From NCBI GenBank assembly GCA_051530055.1, contig CM121343.1:1892389-1956388 (forward strand): DNA of 64,000 nt. The letters run 5' to 3'. The notes beneath the pieces are model-generated. The model searched no databases. It was not told where the DNA came from and saw only the letters and a program-made list of their open reading frames with translations. This document shows positions 37,164 to 48,184 of the stretch, one piece after another. The number at the start of each line of letters is the position of its first letter. The first letter of the stretch is position 1. This stretch comes from Neoechinorhynchus agilis. Its lineage: Eukaryota; Animalia; Acanthocephala. Position numbers and translations under genes: made by a program.

Positions 37164-39070
37164 TATCTAGTGATGATTGTTTGATAGACAATCCGACTGA
37201 AAGATAGATTTTATTCAAACACCAAGCTTTCGCCGTCCAACGGCTTCTTCAGGGTGTAATCTGCAATGCGAGTGGAGGTTCACAGGAGATTCATGACGGC
37301 AGACAACTCATCCTTCTGGTTAATGAGTGTCCTACCGACCGACCGGTGCCCGCTAGAGTAATCACGATCCCGGGTCTCTCGGGAGATGATCAGCGCTTCC
37401 GCTATCGACAGTTCGACGGGATCCTGCGCTTTGTACATTATGCGCGTGGACAGCCGAACTGTTCCACCCGGGTGGACTCGCGAATAATGTTTCGCCCACG
37501 GTGTCGTCACATACGATTGCGCACTTGGGTTCAACGAGTTTCGTACATGCTCGGTTACTCTTTGGCGAAGTGGCCTTTCTGTTTTGCCCACGTACGTGAC
37601 CAAGTGGCCACGGTCAATCCGACACCGTTCACATCGGATCTCGTAAACCACACTGCTCTGATCGCACATCTTCCAGTCACGATCAACTGCGTGCTGAAGC
37701 TCCTCCTCGTCCATCCTCGCACCTGCTGCGTATCTGCACATTAGGCACGACCGAGGGCATTCCTGATGATCCTCATGATGCCTCGTTCTCGTCAGCATCC
37801 TCCGCTGCGTTCTATACCCTCTGTGCACAATACGCACATTCAATCCTTCTTGCCCGAGCAGTACTTTGACTCTCTTCGTGAACATTTCACTAACGTACGG
37901 AATTCGTAGGATCGGCCTATCGTCCTTTCGTTCCCTCATGGGTCCAACGTCCCGTCTAATTCTATTTTCCACTTCTCGCTGTAACCCTTCGATCTCCTCT
38001 GTCGAATATCCGTTGTCCGCGAAGATCTTGTTTACTGCTTCCACCGCTCAAAGCTTCGCTTCCAACGACGATGGGCTGGTGGTTGCCGATTTATGCATAC
38101 CAGCGTATATCGCCGCTTTCATCGCCCAAGGATGGTGAGAATCTCGGTGCATCACAATCGACTTCCTGCATGGTTTTCGATACCAATTGAAGTTGGATAC
38201 ATCGTCGAATTTGAAGTGGAGATTGAGGAATGGCAGGTAGTCCGAAGGTTGGTCTCTCGTAACCCGAATCCTCCTATTCGCGTCCATTGAATTTAATAGT
38301 GACTCAATGGTATCGACCTCATTATCCTCGGTGAAGGTCAGCAACACATCGTCCACATAGCGGAGGTAAACTAAACTCGACGCTAAATGTGGATAGATGT
38401 GGTGTCTTTCCAGGTCATCGAGGTAGAGGATGGCCAATACCGGAGCTAAACTATTTCGCATTGCAAGACCACGAACTTGCTTATATAGCTGGTTTCGATA
38501 ACGAAAAAGGTTGCACTTCAGTACCAATCGTGTCAGACCAATAACATCGTCTAGAAGTAGACCGAAGAGGTCAAGATCCTCATTCTCCTTCAACCTTTTC
38601 TCCAGCGCACGTACTGCTCCCTCGTTGTCCACATTGGTGTACAATGCTACGAAATCAAAAGACATTACGCCACTGTTGGTCAATTCATTCTGTCGCGACC
38701 GCAGGGTTGATAGCAGCTCATCAGTATTGCTCACTAATGCCCGTGTCCTCCGTAGCAATGGACCGATAGCCGAAGCCAGGAAACGAGAAACACGGTATGC
38801 TGGTCCATTAACCGCAGATATGATTGGTCTGCATTTCAACAATGAGGCTGCTTGCGGTGTAATCGGACCAATATGCATCTTGTGTGTCTTGACCAATCCG
38901 TACATCACCGGCGTACGTAATGGACCGTGTGTGAAACTGCTCATCCCTTTCAACTCTCGAGCCGATATCACTTTTCGAAGAGCAGTATTCAACTCCTTGC
39001 GCTGTTGCTCACATTCGTCTTTTGTCGCCATTGTATATGTATCAATATGACCCAATAACGTCCCCATCAT
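37164..39070 (-). mobile_element. Penelope-like retroelement (RT plus GIY-YIG), 5'-truncated, one internal stop
   Basis: PVMYGLVKTHK, RPIIS, SFDFVALYTNV, RYVDD, then VVYEIRC...YVGKTERPLRQRVTEH; ORFs 38048-39133 and 37280-38044 are in one frame, separated by TGA. Confidence 0.93.
37219..37257 (-). ncRNA. Intact minimal type I hammerhead ribozyme (family C)
   Basis: ACACC-CTGAAGA-A-GCCG-ttgga-CGGC-GAAA-GC-TT-GGTGT; perfect helices I and II, palindromic AAGCTT stem III. Confidence 0.88.
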
Positions 39071-39249
39071 CGCACGATTTTTTAGAATTTTTATATATGG
39101 CTCAGCTGGTAGCTTTTGATACATTTTTTCCATACACGGCCAAATGGGGACACACAGTCCATTGATTTCGGTCTGGAAAGCGCTGGTCTGCGCTCAATGC
39201 CCCAAGACCGTACGGTTATAAGTTTGTACATCCTTCCGGATTCTGCGAT
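39070..39249 (-). mobile_element. 3' half of the tRNA-SINE family
   Basis: Reverse complement matches 42320-42430 and 42000-42112. Confidence 0.7.
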
Positions 39250-40408
39250 TGATAATCCTCAACCGCAACTTTCGGTGCTGTGCGAACGAATTAATGAATT
39301 ATCTTCACACGAGCCTCTGTTCCAGGTCAAGAAAATCCTCTTCATTCCATAATTGTTGTATAAGCTGCGCACAGCACCTTTTCGGACATAAGGATAAGCT
39401 GGCAAAGTTAGACCAGACGGTGTCGGACGAGGCGTGGCGTCAAGCGTCCTTGCCTGTGTCGTCCGCCTTTTTGGGTATCCGAAAAGCAGCCGATATTTCT
39501 TCCCATTGCAAGACCACGAACTTGCTTATATAGCTGGTTTCGATAACGAAAAAGGTTGCACTTCAGTACCAATCGTGTCAGACCAATAACATCGTCTGGA
39601 AGTAGACCGAAGAGGTCAAGATCCTCATTCTCCTTCAACCTTTTCTCCAGCGCACGTACTGCTCCCTCGTTGTCCACACTGGTGTACAATGCTACGAAAT
39701 CAAAAGACATTACGCGACTGTTGGTCAATTCATTCTGTCGCGATCGCAGGGTTGATAGCAGCTCATCAGTATTGCTCACAAATGCCCGTGTCCTCCGTGC
39801 GAGTAGGTACCCGTCAATGGTTGCAAACAATCAGTTTGGGACTCACCCCTGGTAGCGAGAATCCATAACTCTCTTATTTAAGATTCTCGTGACCTGGTGA
39901 ACCGAGCTTGATTGGGGGCAGTCTCTACAAGAGAATCGGGTGCTTGGCTCAACGCTATCCCGAGCGCTTCTGTAAGTATTCTTCTCTCCGACGAGTCCGT
40001 AAAGAATGCAGATTAGGAGTACCGACATCCCATCGCAGCCGCTAAGGAGCGACACTGGAACCATTAGGACGCCATGGTCTCGTTTGTCGGCAATCAGGCG
40101 GAATTGCTCACGGCACGTCGAAGTGAACTCATTTCTTAGTCGTGCCCTGAATACTATGAATGCGCCCAACATCCTTAAAATTTGCCGACTTGATGGCCGT
40201 AGACCGGACGGTGTCAGTATTCCCGTGGCGAGAAGGAAAATGTTTTCTTTGGGACGTCAGGTTCATGGACACGATCGCAGCAAGCAACATAAAATTCGCC
40301 ACTATTAAGCCAGGGGGAGCAGCAACTGCCGCTGAGAAACTCAAAAAAATTAAATACAGGGGCCTGAATCGAAATCATTATTTCGTCCCCTTTGGCGAAA
40401 TTACCACA
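39250..40408 (+). mobile_element. CRE-like fragments (39250-39500, 39799-40408) interrupted by a PLE RT piece
   Basis: DEAWRQASLPVSS; ESGAWLNAIP; CRLDGRRPDG; WDVRFMDTIAAS. Confidence 0.8.
39503..39797 (-). mobile_element. Second copy of the PLE RT core
   Basis: About 97% identical to 38461-38755; retains GLAMG where the main copy has GLAMR. Confidence 0.88.
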
Positions 40409-40439
40409 CTTAGCATATATTTTTATTGATGATTTAAGG

Positions 40440-40670
40440 ATGGAAAACTTGGGAAGGACGACCATCGTCGATTATTTGCCTCCTTCACATACAAAAAGTA
40501 CTTGCAGGTATGCGATTCTCGTCTTTGAACAAAGAGATAAAGCAATTCCATGGAATTTAAAATTCAAAGCACTTTGCACAAAATATAACCGATTACGGTA
40601 TAAAAAACTCACATGGTATTACAACTTTGTCCCACTCTACACACTGGAGTTCAATGTAACAGCCGATTGA
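40440..40670 (+). pseudogene. Orphan 3' exon of a PEBP/RKIP-family gene
   Basis: VDYLPPSHTKSTCRYAILVFEQ resembles PEBP YxxPxPPxGTGxHRYxFLxYEQ; TTTAAG acceptor upstream; 5' part replaced by CRE DNA. Confidence 0.6.
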
Positions 40671-40790
40671 TTTGAAGTTCCCATTGTTAAGGTAACGAAT
40701 ACTCAAGGGTTTTAAAAATAAACACTCTTCCACACACAATTCTGAAGTTTGACCAATTAAGTTTATTAAAAGCTTGAACATAACCATTAA

Positions 40791-41183
40791 TTACGGTCCT
40801 GTAAAGTTCCTTTGGTTGCCTCCATACATGCCTCCGAAAAAATACGGCACCACGGGAAGCCTTCCACGGCGGAATAGGTATAGCCTAAATTTAAAATTAG
40901 ATCGTATTTTAGAACAGAAGAATAAATACGTCATAACGAAGGCCAGCGGAATTGTCAATATGCCCACAATCGAAATTACAATACAAAAAATATATAACCA
41001 GGTATCATCCATCTTCTAAGTGATATAAAGTTCGTAAGTCTAGAGTAGTTGGTAAAGATTTTTAGGTCTTACCTCGAAATGAATTGCGTTCGTCAAACCG
41101 TGAAAGTTCGTCCCGTAATACAGAAAGACGAAAGCAACTAAAAATAAAATCCGTCTTGGTCTTAAAAAAAGCCTGTACAGCAT
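40791..41183 (-). CDS. 111-aa membrane microprotein, copy A (exons 41073-41183 and 40791-41015)
   Basis: ATG, 37 codons (signal/TM1), 57-nt GTAAGA...TTAG intron, in-frame exon with TM2 and basic tail. Confidence 0.65.
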
Positions 41184-41999
41184 AAAAATTGTGCCGTCCT
41201 TGTAGTTTCGAAATTACAGCCACAATATTAACAAACTATGATGTTCAAAATTATCCCATTTTACTGTTTTAGAATTGCGTGCTCTATTCTGATCACCCAC
41301 TTTAATTTTAAAACTATTATTTTCCAAATAAAAAATGCTTAGAAAGGCTATGAATATGCAATGAAAATAAATCATGACAATGTGAATTAAACCAAATTGC
41401 AGCTTTGTCGAGACATTGAAGTATTAATTTCAAGCTTGTAAACACTTCAGATCGCATTTAACCTTAGATTAAATCGATGGCTGTCATTTATGTCATCTTT
41501 AAGATAATAATCGTTTCAAGTTTTTTACAATTCATAACATTTATTGTGATTTATTGTAATACTGACATGCTAATTTCTCGAGTTCGCCAAGGAACGTCTA
41601 GAAAAACAAGACCACCTTATTGAAGTGTGATATAATTTGTAACTAGTCGTTTTAGACCTCATTGCCAGGGAGAGCTTAATAAAGAATGGATAATCGGTAT
41701 TTTATAATTGAAGCATGATCAAAAATTACGAAAAATAAAACACTTGAAAATTAATTTTACTTTGACCAATTTGAAAATCGTCCCGTGATTATTAAGTAAC
41801 TTCGGCATTACCATTAACGTGAACTCCTATACGATCTTCGACTTCGTTTCATCAAATTCTTGTATTCAACCCATAACCACGATTAGTTCAGTAGCCTTGA
41901 GTGCGGAATAGTTCTTATAAACTTCATTCGGCAATATCTGTCGAAAATTTGGGACAATAACAACACGTTTTATTATAATAACATTTTTTAGAATTTTTT

Positions 42000-42112
42000 T
42001 TATTTTTTTATGTGGATCACCCAGTAGTCTTTGGATATATATTTTTTTCATATACACGGCCGAATGGACAGTCAATCTCCCAATTTTTGTCTGGGAAGCG
42101 CTGGTCTACGCT
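42000..42112 (-). repeat. Inverted copy of the SINE tail upstream of the SINE
   Basis: Reverse complement gagcgtagaccagcgcttcccagac matches 42371-42430. Confidence 0.7.
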
Positions 42113-42150
42113 CTGAAGAATCGGAAAGCTTTTCCATGCTAAAGTAGCAA

Positions 42151-42430
42151 AGTTTGTACATTCCGCTATGTGCTGAGGTGACCAAGTGGACTAATACTCC
42201 AAGTCCCAGTTAAGGATCAACGGGTTCGAATCCACGACCACCGATGACGCACATCAAAGGGGATGAAATACTGCTGAAGGGAGAAAACTCACTGATGAGT
42301 CCCGCCTCCTGGAGGTATCCGAGAATCTGGAGGGATGTACAAACTTATAACCGTACGGTCTTGGGGCATTGAGCGCAGACCAGCTCTTCCCAGACCAAAA
42401 ATCGGGGAATGGCTTTCCATTCGGCCATTA
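42151..42430 (+). mobile_element. tRNA-derived SINE-like element with hammerhead core
   Basis: B box GGTTCGAATCC; GGGAT-GAAA...CTGATGA-GTCCC; enclosing inverted repeat 42151-42164 and 42332-42345. Confidence 0.8.
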
Positions 42431-42509
42431 TAATAACATGTTTATTTTTAATAACAGGATATTTCTTTAATCATAGATGTCACGAAATCTTTCACGCCAC
42501 CGCTATGGA

Positions 42510-42935
42510 TCACTCAGCTGCCGTCCTGGTGTAAAAATCGAAAGGGCGGATGCAGCGTTCCTTCCCCGGTCACAGGGGCAGACTAATGTTTTGTAGGAGG
42601 AATGCTTCTACCCTCTGATCGCCAGTGATTCGTCTCAATCTCTAAGGCAATTGCTTGACCAGTTCCTGCGCCGCGGTACCAAACGACCCGAGTGTCTCGA
42701 CGCCAAAGGGAACAAAATAATGATTTCGACTCAGGTCGCAGTATTTAATCCTTTTGCGGTCCTCAACGGCGGTTGTTGCTCCTCTGGTTTAATGGTGGCG
42801 AATTTAATGTTGCTGGCTGCGGACCCTTCTTGCCACGGGAATACTGTGAAACAGTTCGGTCTACGGCCATCGAATCGGCAAGGATTGCTCGGCTCTAAGA
42901 TGTTGAGCGCATTCACAGTATTCAGGGCATCAATA
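42510..42935 (-). mobile_element. CRE-like 3' fragment
   Basis: NILEPSNPCRFDGRRPN...FPWQEG. Confidence 0.8.
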
Positions 42936-43398
42936 TGGTTTTACGGTCGCTCCGCAACGGCAGCGATGGGATGTGCAGTTCAATAACCATGTTTTGTATT
43001 CAGAAACAATACCCACTCCGAATGCAATAGTGATCACCATTAGAAGACATTCACCAATAGACGAGACGGTGAAAGCATCGGCGATAAATGATTTTGAACC
43101 CCTTTGACCCTGAAAAAAAGGATGTCATTTACGACGTTTAATCGTACAAAGCTAGATTTAAACGATCTTATTTATTGATTGTTTGTACCGTTGCTGCAGT
43201 CATTAAGCAAAGCTGATTTTATTTCCAGTGCTAAAGAGAGCAATTGCTTATAAGTAAACTTGAATTGGATTTAATTACAAAAAAAACAGAACTAATTAAG
43301 CTTAAATACGTTGGCTCTACGGATTGATCACCATGGCAACTAAATATCTAATATGTTCAAAATTTAGTAGTGGGACGTTCATCAACTTCGTCTTCAGA

Positions 43399-43740
43399 AT
43401 GGAAACACCGTGCCACGACTACCCACTCCAAGGCATGTACGTCGTCAATTTGGAAGTTCAACACGGTTCAACGATGTTGCCGTTGTACTTGCAAAGAGAT
43501 AGACCTATCAGAGTATCGGATCTCCAAGAGAAAATCGCGAAGGTTTCATGCATTCCTATGTGCATGCAGCGAATTTACTTTGAAGGACAGTACCTCCATC
43601 GATGGCCTAACGCACGGCTCTTGGACTTTGGCGCCGTGAATGGAGTTCGTTTAACTCTTGCCGGCACCACCTGCACAAGACACGATCCCAAGTGCACTGA
43701 GTGTCTCGTTTGTAAGGATGCCAACGTTTGTTATCACTGA
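43399..43740 (+). CDS. Ubiquitin-like domain protein (BAG1-type UBL) with Cys-rich tail, about 113 aa
   Basis: VSDLQEKIAKVSCIPMCMQRIYFEGQYL...LLDFGAVNGVRLTL fits the UBL pattern; the start may be preceded by an exon. Confidence 0.65.
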   Translation: METPCHDYPLQGMYVVNLEVQHGSTMLPLYLQRDRPIRVSDLQEKIAKVSCIPMCMQRIYFEGQYLHRWPNARLLDFGAVNGVRLTLAGTTCTRHDPKCTECLVCKDANVCYH

Positions 43741-44231
43741 GGGCGACAGAGTTAAAATTATTTACTGAATAAAAATAAGCTTTTTGAATGAGTACAATGC
43801 TTTTGGAAAAATAGGGATGGATTGCAAGCTTTGCGGCCAACTATTGAGTTTCGTGGTCAGACTGCCAGTAATATCAATGGCGGAAAACACTAATCTGGGG
43901 AACACAAAGAGACGCATCCACGCAGTCTGTCAATATAGAGGTGAATCTCTTTGCGGCCTGATATCACGCGCCCCTTGGGATTATTTTAAGAACGTCTCTA
44001 GGCAAAACTCGTACAATATTCCCTTCAAATGGAATTTAATTTTGTACTGGTGATAGGATTTTTAGGCCTCCAATCAATGGACTTTGGGGATGAACCGGAA
44101 CCGCTGCAGCGTGAATCACGGGGTCATGAACCCTTAGAACTCTTGTTTGCATCAGGGAGAAAATTTCATCACAAACCTCACAGATTCGGATGAGATTACT
44201 AAGCGCTGCTTGGTTGTTCAGCCGCATGTTT

Positions 44232-45159
44232 TATCTAGTGATGATTGTTTGATAGACAATCCGACTGAAAGATAGATTTTATTCAAACACCAAGCTTTTG
44301 CCGTCCAACGGCTTCTTCAGGGTGTAATCTGCAATGCGAGTGGAGGTTCACAGGAGATTCATGACGGCAGACAACTCATCCTTCTGGTTAATGAGTGTCC
44401 TACCGACCGACCGGTGCCCGCTAGAGTAATCACGATCCCGGGTCTCTCGGGAGATGATCAGCGCTTCCGCTATCGACAGTTCGACGGGATCCTGCGCTTT
44501 GTACATTATGCGCGTGGACAGCCGAACTGTTCCACCCGGGTGGACTCGCGAATAATGTTTCGCCCACGGTGTCGTCACATACGATTGCGCACTTGGGTTC
44601 AACGAGTTTCGTACATGCTCGGTTACTCTTTGGCGAAGTGGCCTTTCTGTTTTGCCCACGTACGTGACCAAGTGGCCACGGTCAATCCGACACCGTTCAC
44701 ATCGGATCTCGTAAACCACACTGCTCTGATCGCACATCTTCCAGTCACGATCAACTGCGTGCTGAAGCTCCTCCTCGTCCATCCTCGCACCTGCTGCGTA
44801 TCTGCACATTAGGCACGACCGAGGGCATTCCTGATGATCCTCATGATGCCTCGTTCTCGTCAGCATCCTCCGCTGCGTTCTATACCCTCTGTGCACAATA
44901 CGCACATTCAATCCTTCTTGCCCGAGCAGTACTTTGACTCTCTTCGTGAACATTTCACTCACGTACGGAATTCGTAGGATCGGCCTATCGTCCTTTCGTT
45001 CCCTCATGGGTCCAACGTCCCGTCTAATTCTATTTTCCACTTCTCGCTGTAACCCTTCGATCTCCTCTGTCGAATATCCGTTGTCCGCGAAGATCTTGTT
45101 TACTGCTTCCACCGCTCCACGCTTCGCTTCCAACGACGATGAGCAGGTGGTTGCCGATT
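44232..45159 (-). mobile_element. 5'-truncated PLE copy (GIY-YIG plus 3' end)
   Basis: About 99% identical to 37164-38091 and shares the exact 3' end. Confidence 0.93.
44287..44325 (-). ncRNA. Family C hammerhead, G12A mutant
   Basis: Identical to 37219-37257 except GAAA to AAAA at 44299. Confidence 0.8.
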
Positions 45160-46819
45160 ATTTTAACTTCGTCGAAGATATTCAAATCAAAGCAACGCTT
45201 TTATAAATATAAGCTACGCACTTAGATTCGATTGAGTCTTGAAAATTCTAAATCCGATCACTCGTTTAAAAAATCTACTCATTCTTGTATGTTTTGATGC
45301 TCAGATTATTTTTAAATGTAAAATTCGTTGGGTCTGCGAGAAATCCGCGACCTCACATATCGACAATCCAATTTAATTTTACATATTTATTAGGGGATTT
45401 ATTAGATGCAAGTAAACAATATTTACAAATAATAATTAAAAATTTAGACGATTCAATTACAATTTTTGTTGAAAACTGTAAGTTATGAATTTTTTTGTTC
45501 AAATATTTTTTTGGGTTGATTTCAAACTCAACTTTTTAGTCGCGTCTTTCTACAAATGAAGGTGGACGGGCGCTGTTCAATGCTAAAACGTGCATAAAAT
45601 ACCCAGTGAATATTCCTTCACTGGATTCTCTGATATTCATTAAAATATCACAGAAACGACCATCGATGAGTTCAAGCTAAAAGAAATTGGAATTTTCATC
45701 AAGATTTAAAAAACTGAGATTTACCGTTATGACAGTTGGACGTACGCCTTCTATGCAAGGACGAATAATGTGCTTTCGAACGATAAGATGAGAATATCTT
45801 GTAACTCGAATTTCCTTACAAATAATATTTTTAGACTTGTTGACGCATTCTTGGATTATTTCCGTATTTAAATATGTGTCCGATGGAGAATACATCTAAC
45901 GAAAAGAAAGCGATCGGTTCTATAAGCAAAATTTGAAGGAGCAAGAAAATGAATACTTTTCTATACGTTTATCTGAACACTTTTTTCTCCAGAAGATATA
46001 GACCCTTTTTCGCATGAATGTACTTTATTCGTATTGCTCTTTTTTTAGCTTCTAGCCAATGAGATTCGTTTCAAGGGTCGGTGATGGAGGCACGTGATTT
46101 CATTCGCAAATTTATGTTCGTCTTCACGACGTGGTCACTTTTTGTTTCTAAAAACTTTGGATTTGAATTGAGCAAACACTTTATTCTTACAACTTTTAAA
46201 TCTCATAAATTGGTCATTTTAAAGACTGAGAACTTTTAGTGGAGCTTGAAATACTTAAGAAATTTGATTTATGCATTTATTTAAGAAAGACTACTTTAAT
46301 TGTTTTTGTATTTAAAAAGCAGGAAAACTACAATTAATAAATAATTTCATTTTTGAATCGGTCTATTTCTCGTATTTTCATCCGTGAAACATTAGTCATC
46401 GCGGTAATGTGAGACTCTAAATCGAGAAATTAGCATGTCAGTATTACAATAAATCACAATAAATGTTATGAATTGTAAAAAACTTGAAACGATTATTATC
46501 TTAAAGATGACATAAATGACAGCCATCGATTTAATCTAAGGTTATATGCGATCTGAAGTGTTTACAAGCTTGAAATTAATACTTCAATGTCTCGACAAAG
46601 CTGCAATTCGGTTTAATTCACATTGTCATGATTTATTTTCATTGCATATTCATAGCCTTTCTAAGCATTTTTTATTTGGAAAATAATAGTTTTAAAATTA
46701 AAGTGGGTGATCAGAATAGAGCACGCAATTCTAAAACATTAAAATGGGATAATTTTGAACATCATAGTTTGTTAATATTGTGGCTGTAATTTCGAAACTA
46801 CAAGGACGGCACAATTTTC

Positions 46820-47212
46820 ATGCTGTACAGGCTTTTTTTAAGACCAAGACGGATTTTATTTTTAGTTGCTTTCGTCTTTCTGTATTACGGGACGAACTTT
46901 CACGGTTTGACGAACGCAATTCATTTCGAGGTAAGACCTAAAAATCTTTACCAACTACTCTAGACTTACGAACTTTATATCACTTAGAAGATGGATAATA
47001 CCTGGTTATATATTTTTTTTATTGTATCTTCGATTATGGGCGTATTGACAATTCTGCTGGCCGTCGCTACGACGTATTTATTCTTCTGTTCTAAAATACG
47101 ATCTAATTTTAAATTTAGGCAATATCTATTCCGCCGTGGAATACTTCCCGTGGTGCCGTATTTTTTCAGAGGCATGTATGGAGGCAACCAAAGGAACTTT
47201 ACAGGACCGTAA
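46820..47212 (+). CDS. 111-aa membrane microprotein, copy B (exons 46820-46930 and 46988-47212)
   Basis: Same structure as copy A, with intact frame and splice sites. Confidence 0.65.
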
Positions 47213-47332
47213 TTAATGGTTATGTTCAAGCTTTTAATAAACTTAATTGGTCAAACTTCAGAATTGTGTGTGGAAGAGTGTTTATTTTCAAAACCCTTGA
47301 GTATTCGTTACCTTAACAATGGGAACTTCAAA

Positions 47333-47560
47333 TCAATCGGCTGTTACATTGAACTCCAGTGTGTAGAGTGGGACAAAGTTGTAATACCATGTGAGTTTTT
47401 TATACCGTAATCGGTTATATTTTGTGCAAAGTGCTTTGAATTTTAAATTCCATGGAATTGCTTTATCTCTTTGTTCAAAGACGAGAATCGCATACCTGCA
47501 AGTACTTTTTGTATGTGAAGGAGGTAAATAATCGACGATGGTCGTCCTTCCCAAGTTTTC
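47333..47560 (-). pseudogene. Second PEBP exon copy, lacking the acceptor
   Basis: Same peptide as 40443-40670 with one synonymous change. Confidence 0.55.
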
Positions 47561-47685
47561 GTGCAGCGGGGCAATGCGGCTAGCATTTTGGCCAGCGCCG
47601 ATGAATAGGAGCGTCGAAGAAACTATAAATTATGTATGCGTGCTTTTGGTTAAATAAAAGTAGAACGTCTTTAAAATAGTGTGGT

Positions 47686-48167
47686 AATTTCGCCAAAGGG
47701 GACGAAATAATGATTTCGATTCAGGCCCATGTATTTAATTTTTGGCACGAACACCTGATTTGGTGTGTGCCAAAGCGCCATCTGACAAGTTTGCCCTATT
47801 GCCAGAGGCATGGGCCTTCGCGGAAACGGAACGCGGAAAGCGAATCAGGCTGACCCTTCTGTTCTTGATGAACGACTGTGGTCGTCAGGAGAAGAAGGAA
47901 TTGGCGTTTGAAGTCTTGGCGGACAATCCTGGTGTAGCCTGCACCTACAGCGATTACCCTCATCAGCTTGGAGGTTTACACAATGTTCAGCTAGCGGATG
48001 GAGTGGCTCCGCAAGCTGAAACGCATGGTTGTCTTCTTTGAAGAGTGTGCCAATGTTTATCGGAGGCGCACGGCCAGAACATTACTCCCCGGCGCATGCA
48101 AAGGCAGTGCAGGTTCTCTGTCATGCGAGTTTGCAACCATTGACGGGTACCTACTCGCTGCCTGAAT
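47686..48167 (-). mobile_element. Rearranged CRE-like fragments
   Basis: 47686-47742 matches 40345-40408, and 48138-48167 matches 39799-39828. Confidence 0.6.
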
Positions 48168-48184
48168 CACCACACCAAAGATTA

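Larger units (their letters stand above)
46423..47560 (-). repeat. Inverted segmental duplication of 40443-41581
   Basis: About 99% identity outside the microprotein exon; linked CRE pieces extend the homology to 39799/48167. Confidence 0.95.

Noticed and set aside
38045-38050. In-frame TGA in the PLE ORF as selenocysteine or read-through, and UGA-to-Gly recoding (TGA/GGA also at 21574)
   Set aside because: The paralog has CGT GGA where this copy has CTT TGA, so it is a mutation or error. No in-frame TGA occurs in the IF, the SMS or the twitchin exons I translated.
38511-39050. Antisense ORFs over TE and host coding regions (also 37346, 44414, 10623, 52341, 57164)
   Set aside because: Shadow frames of real coding sequence.
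43800-44000. Nuclear-receptor LBD-like QTAWMRLFVF
   Set aside because: Short match flanked by stops, with no DNA-binding domain nearby.
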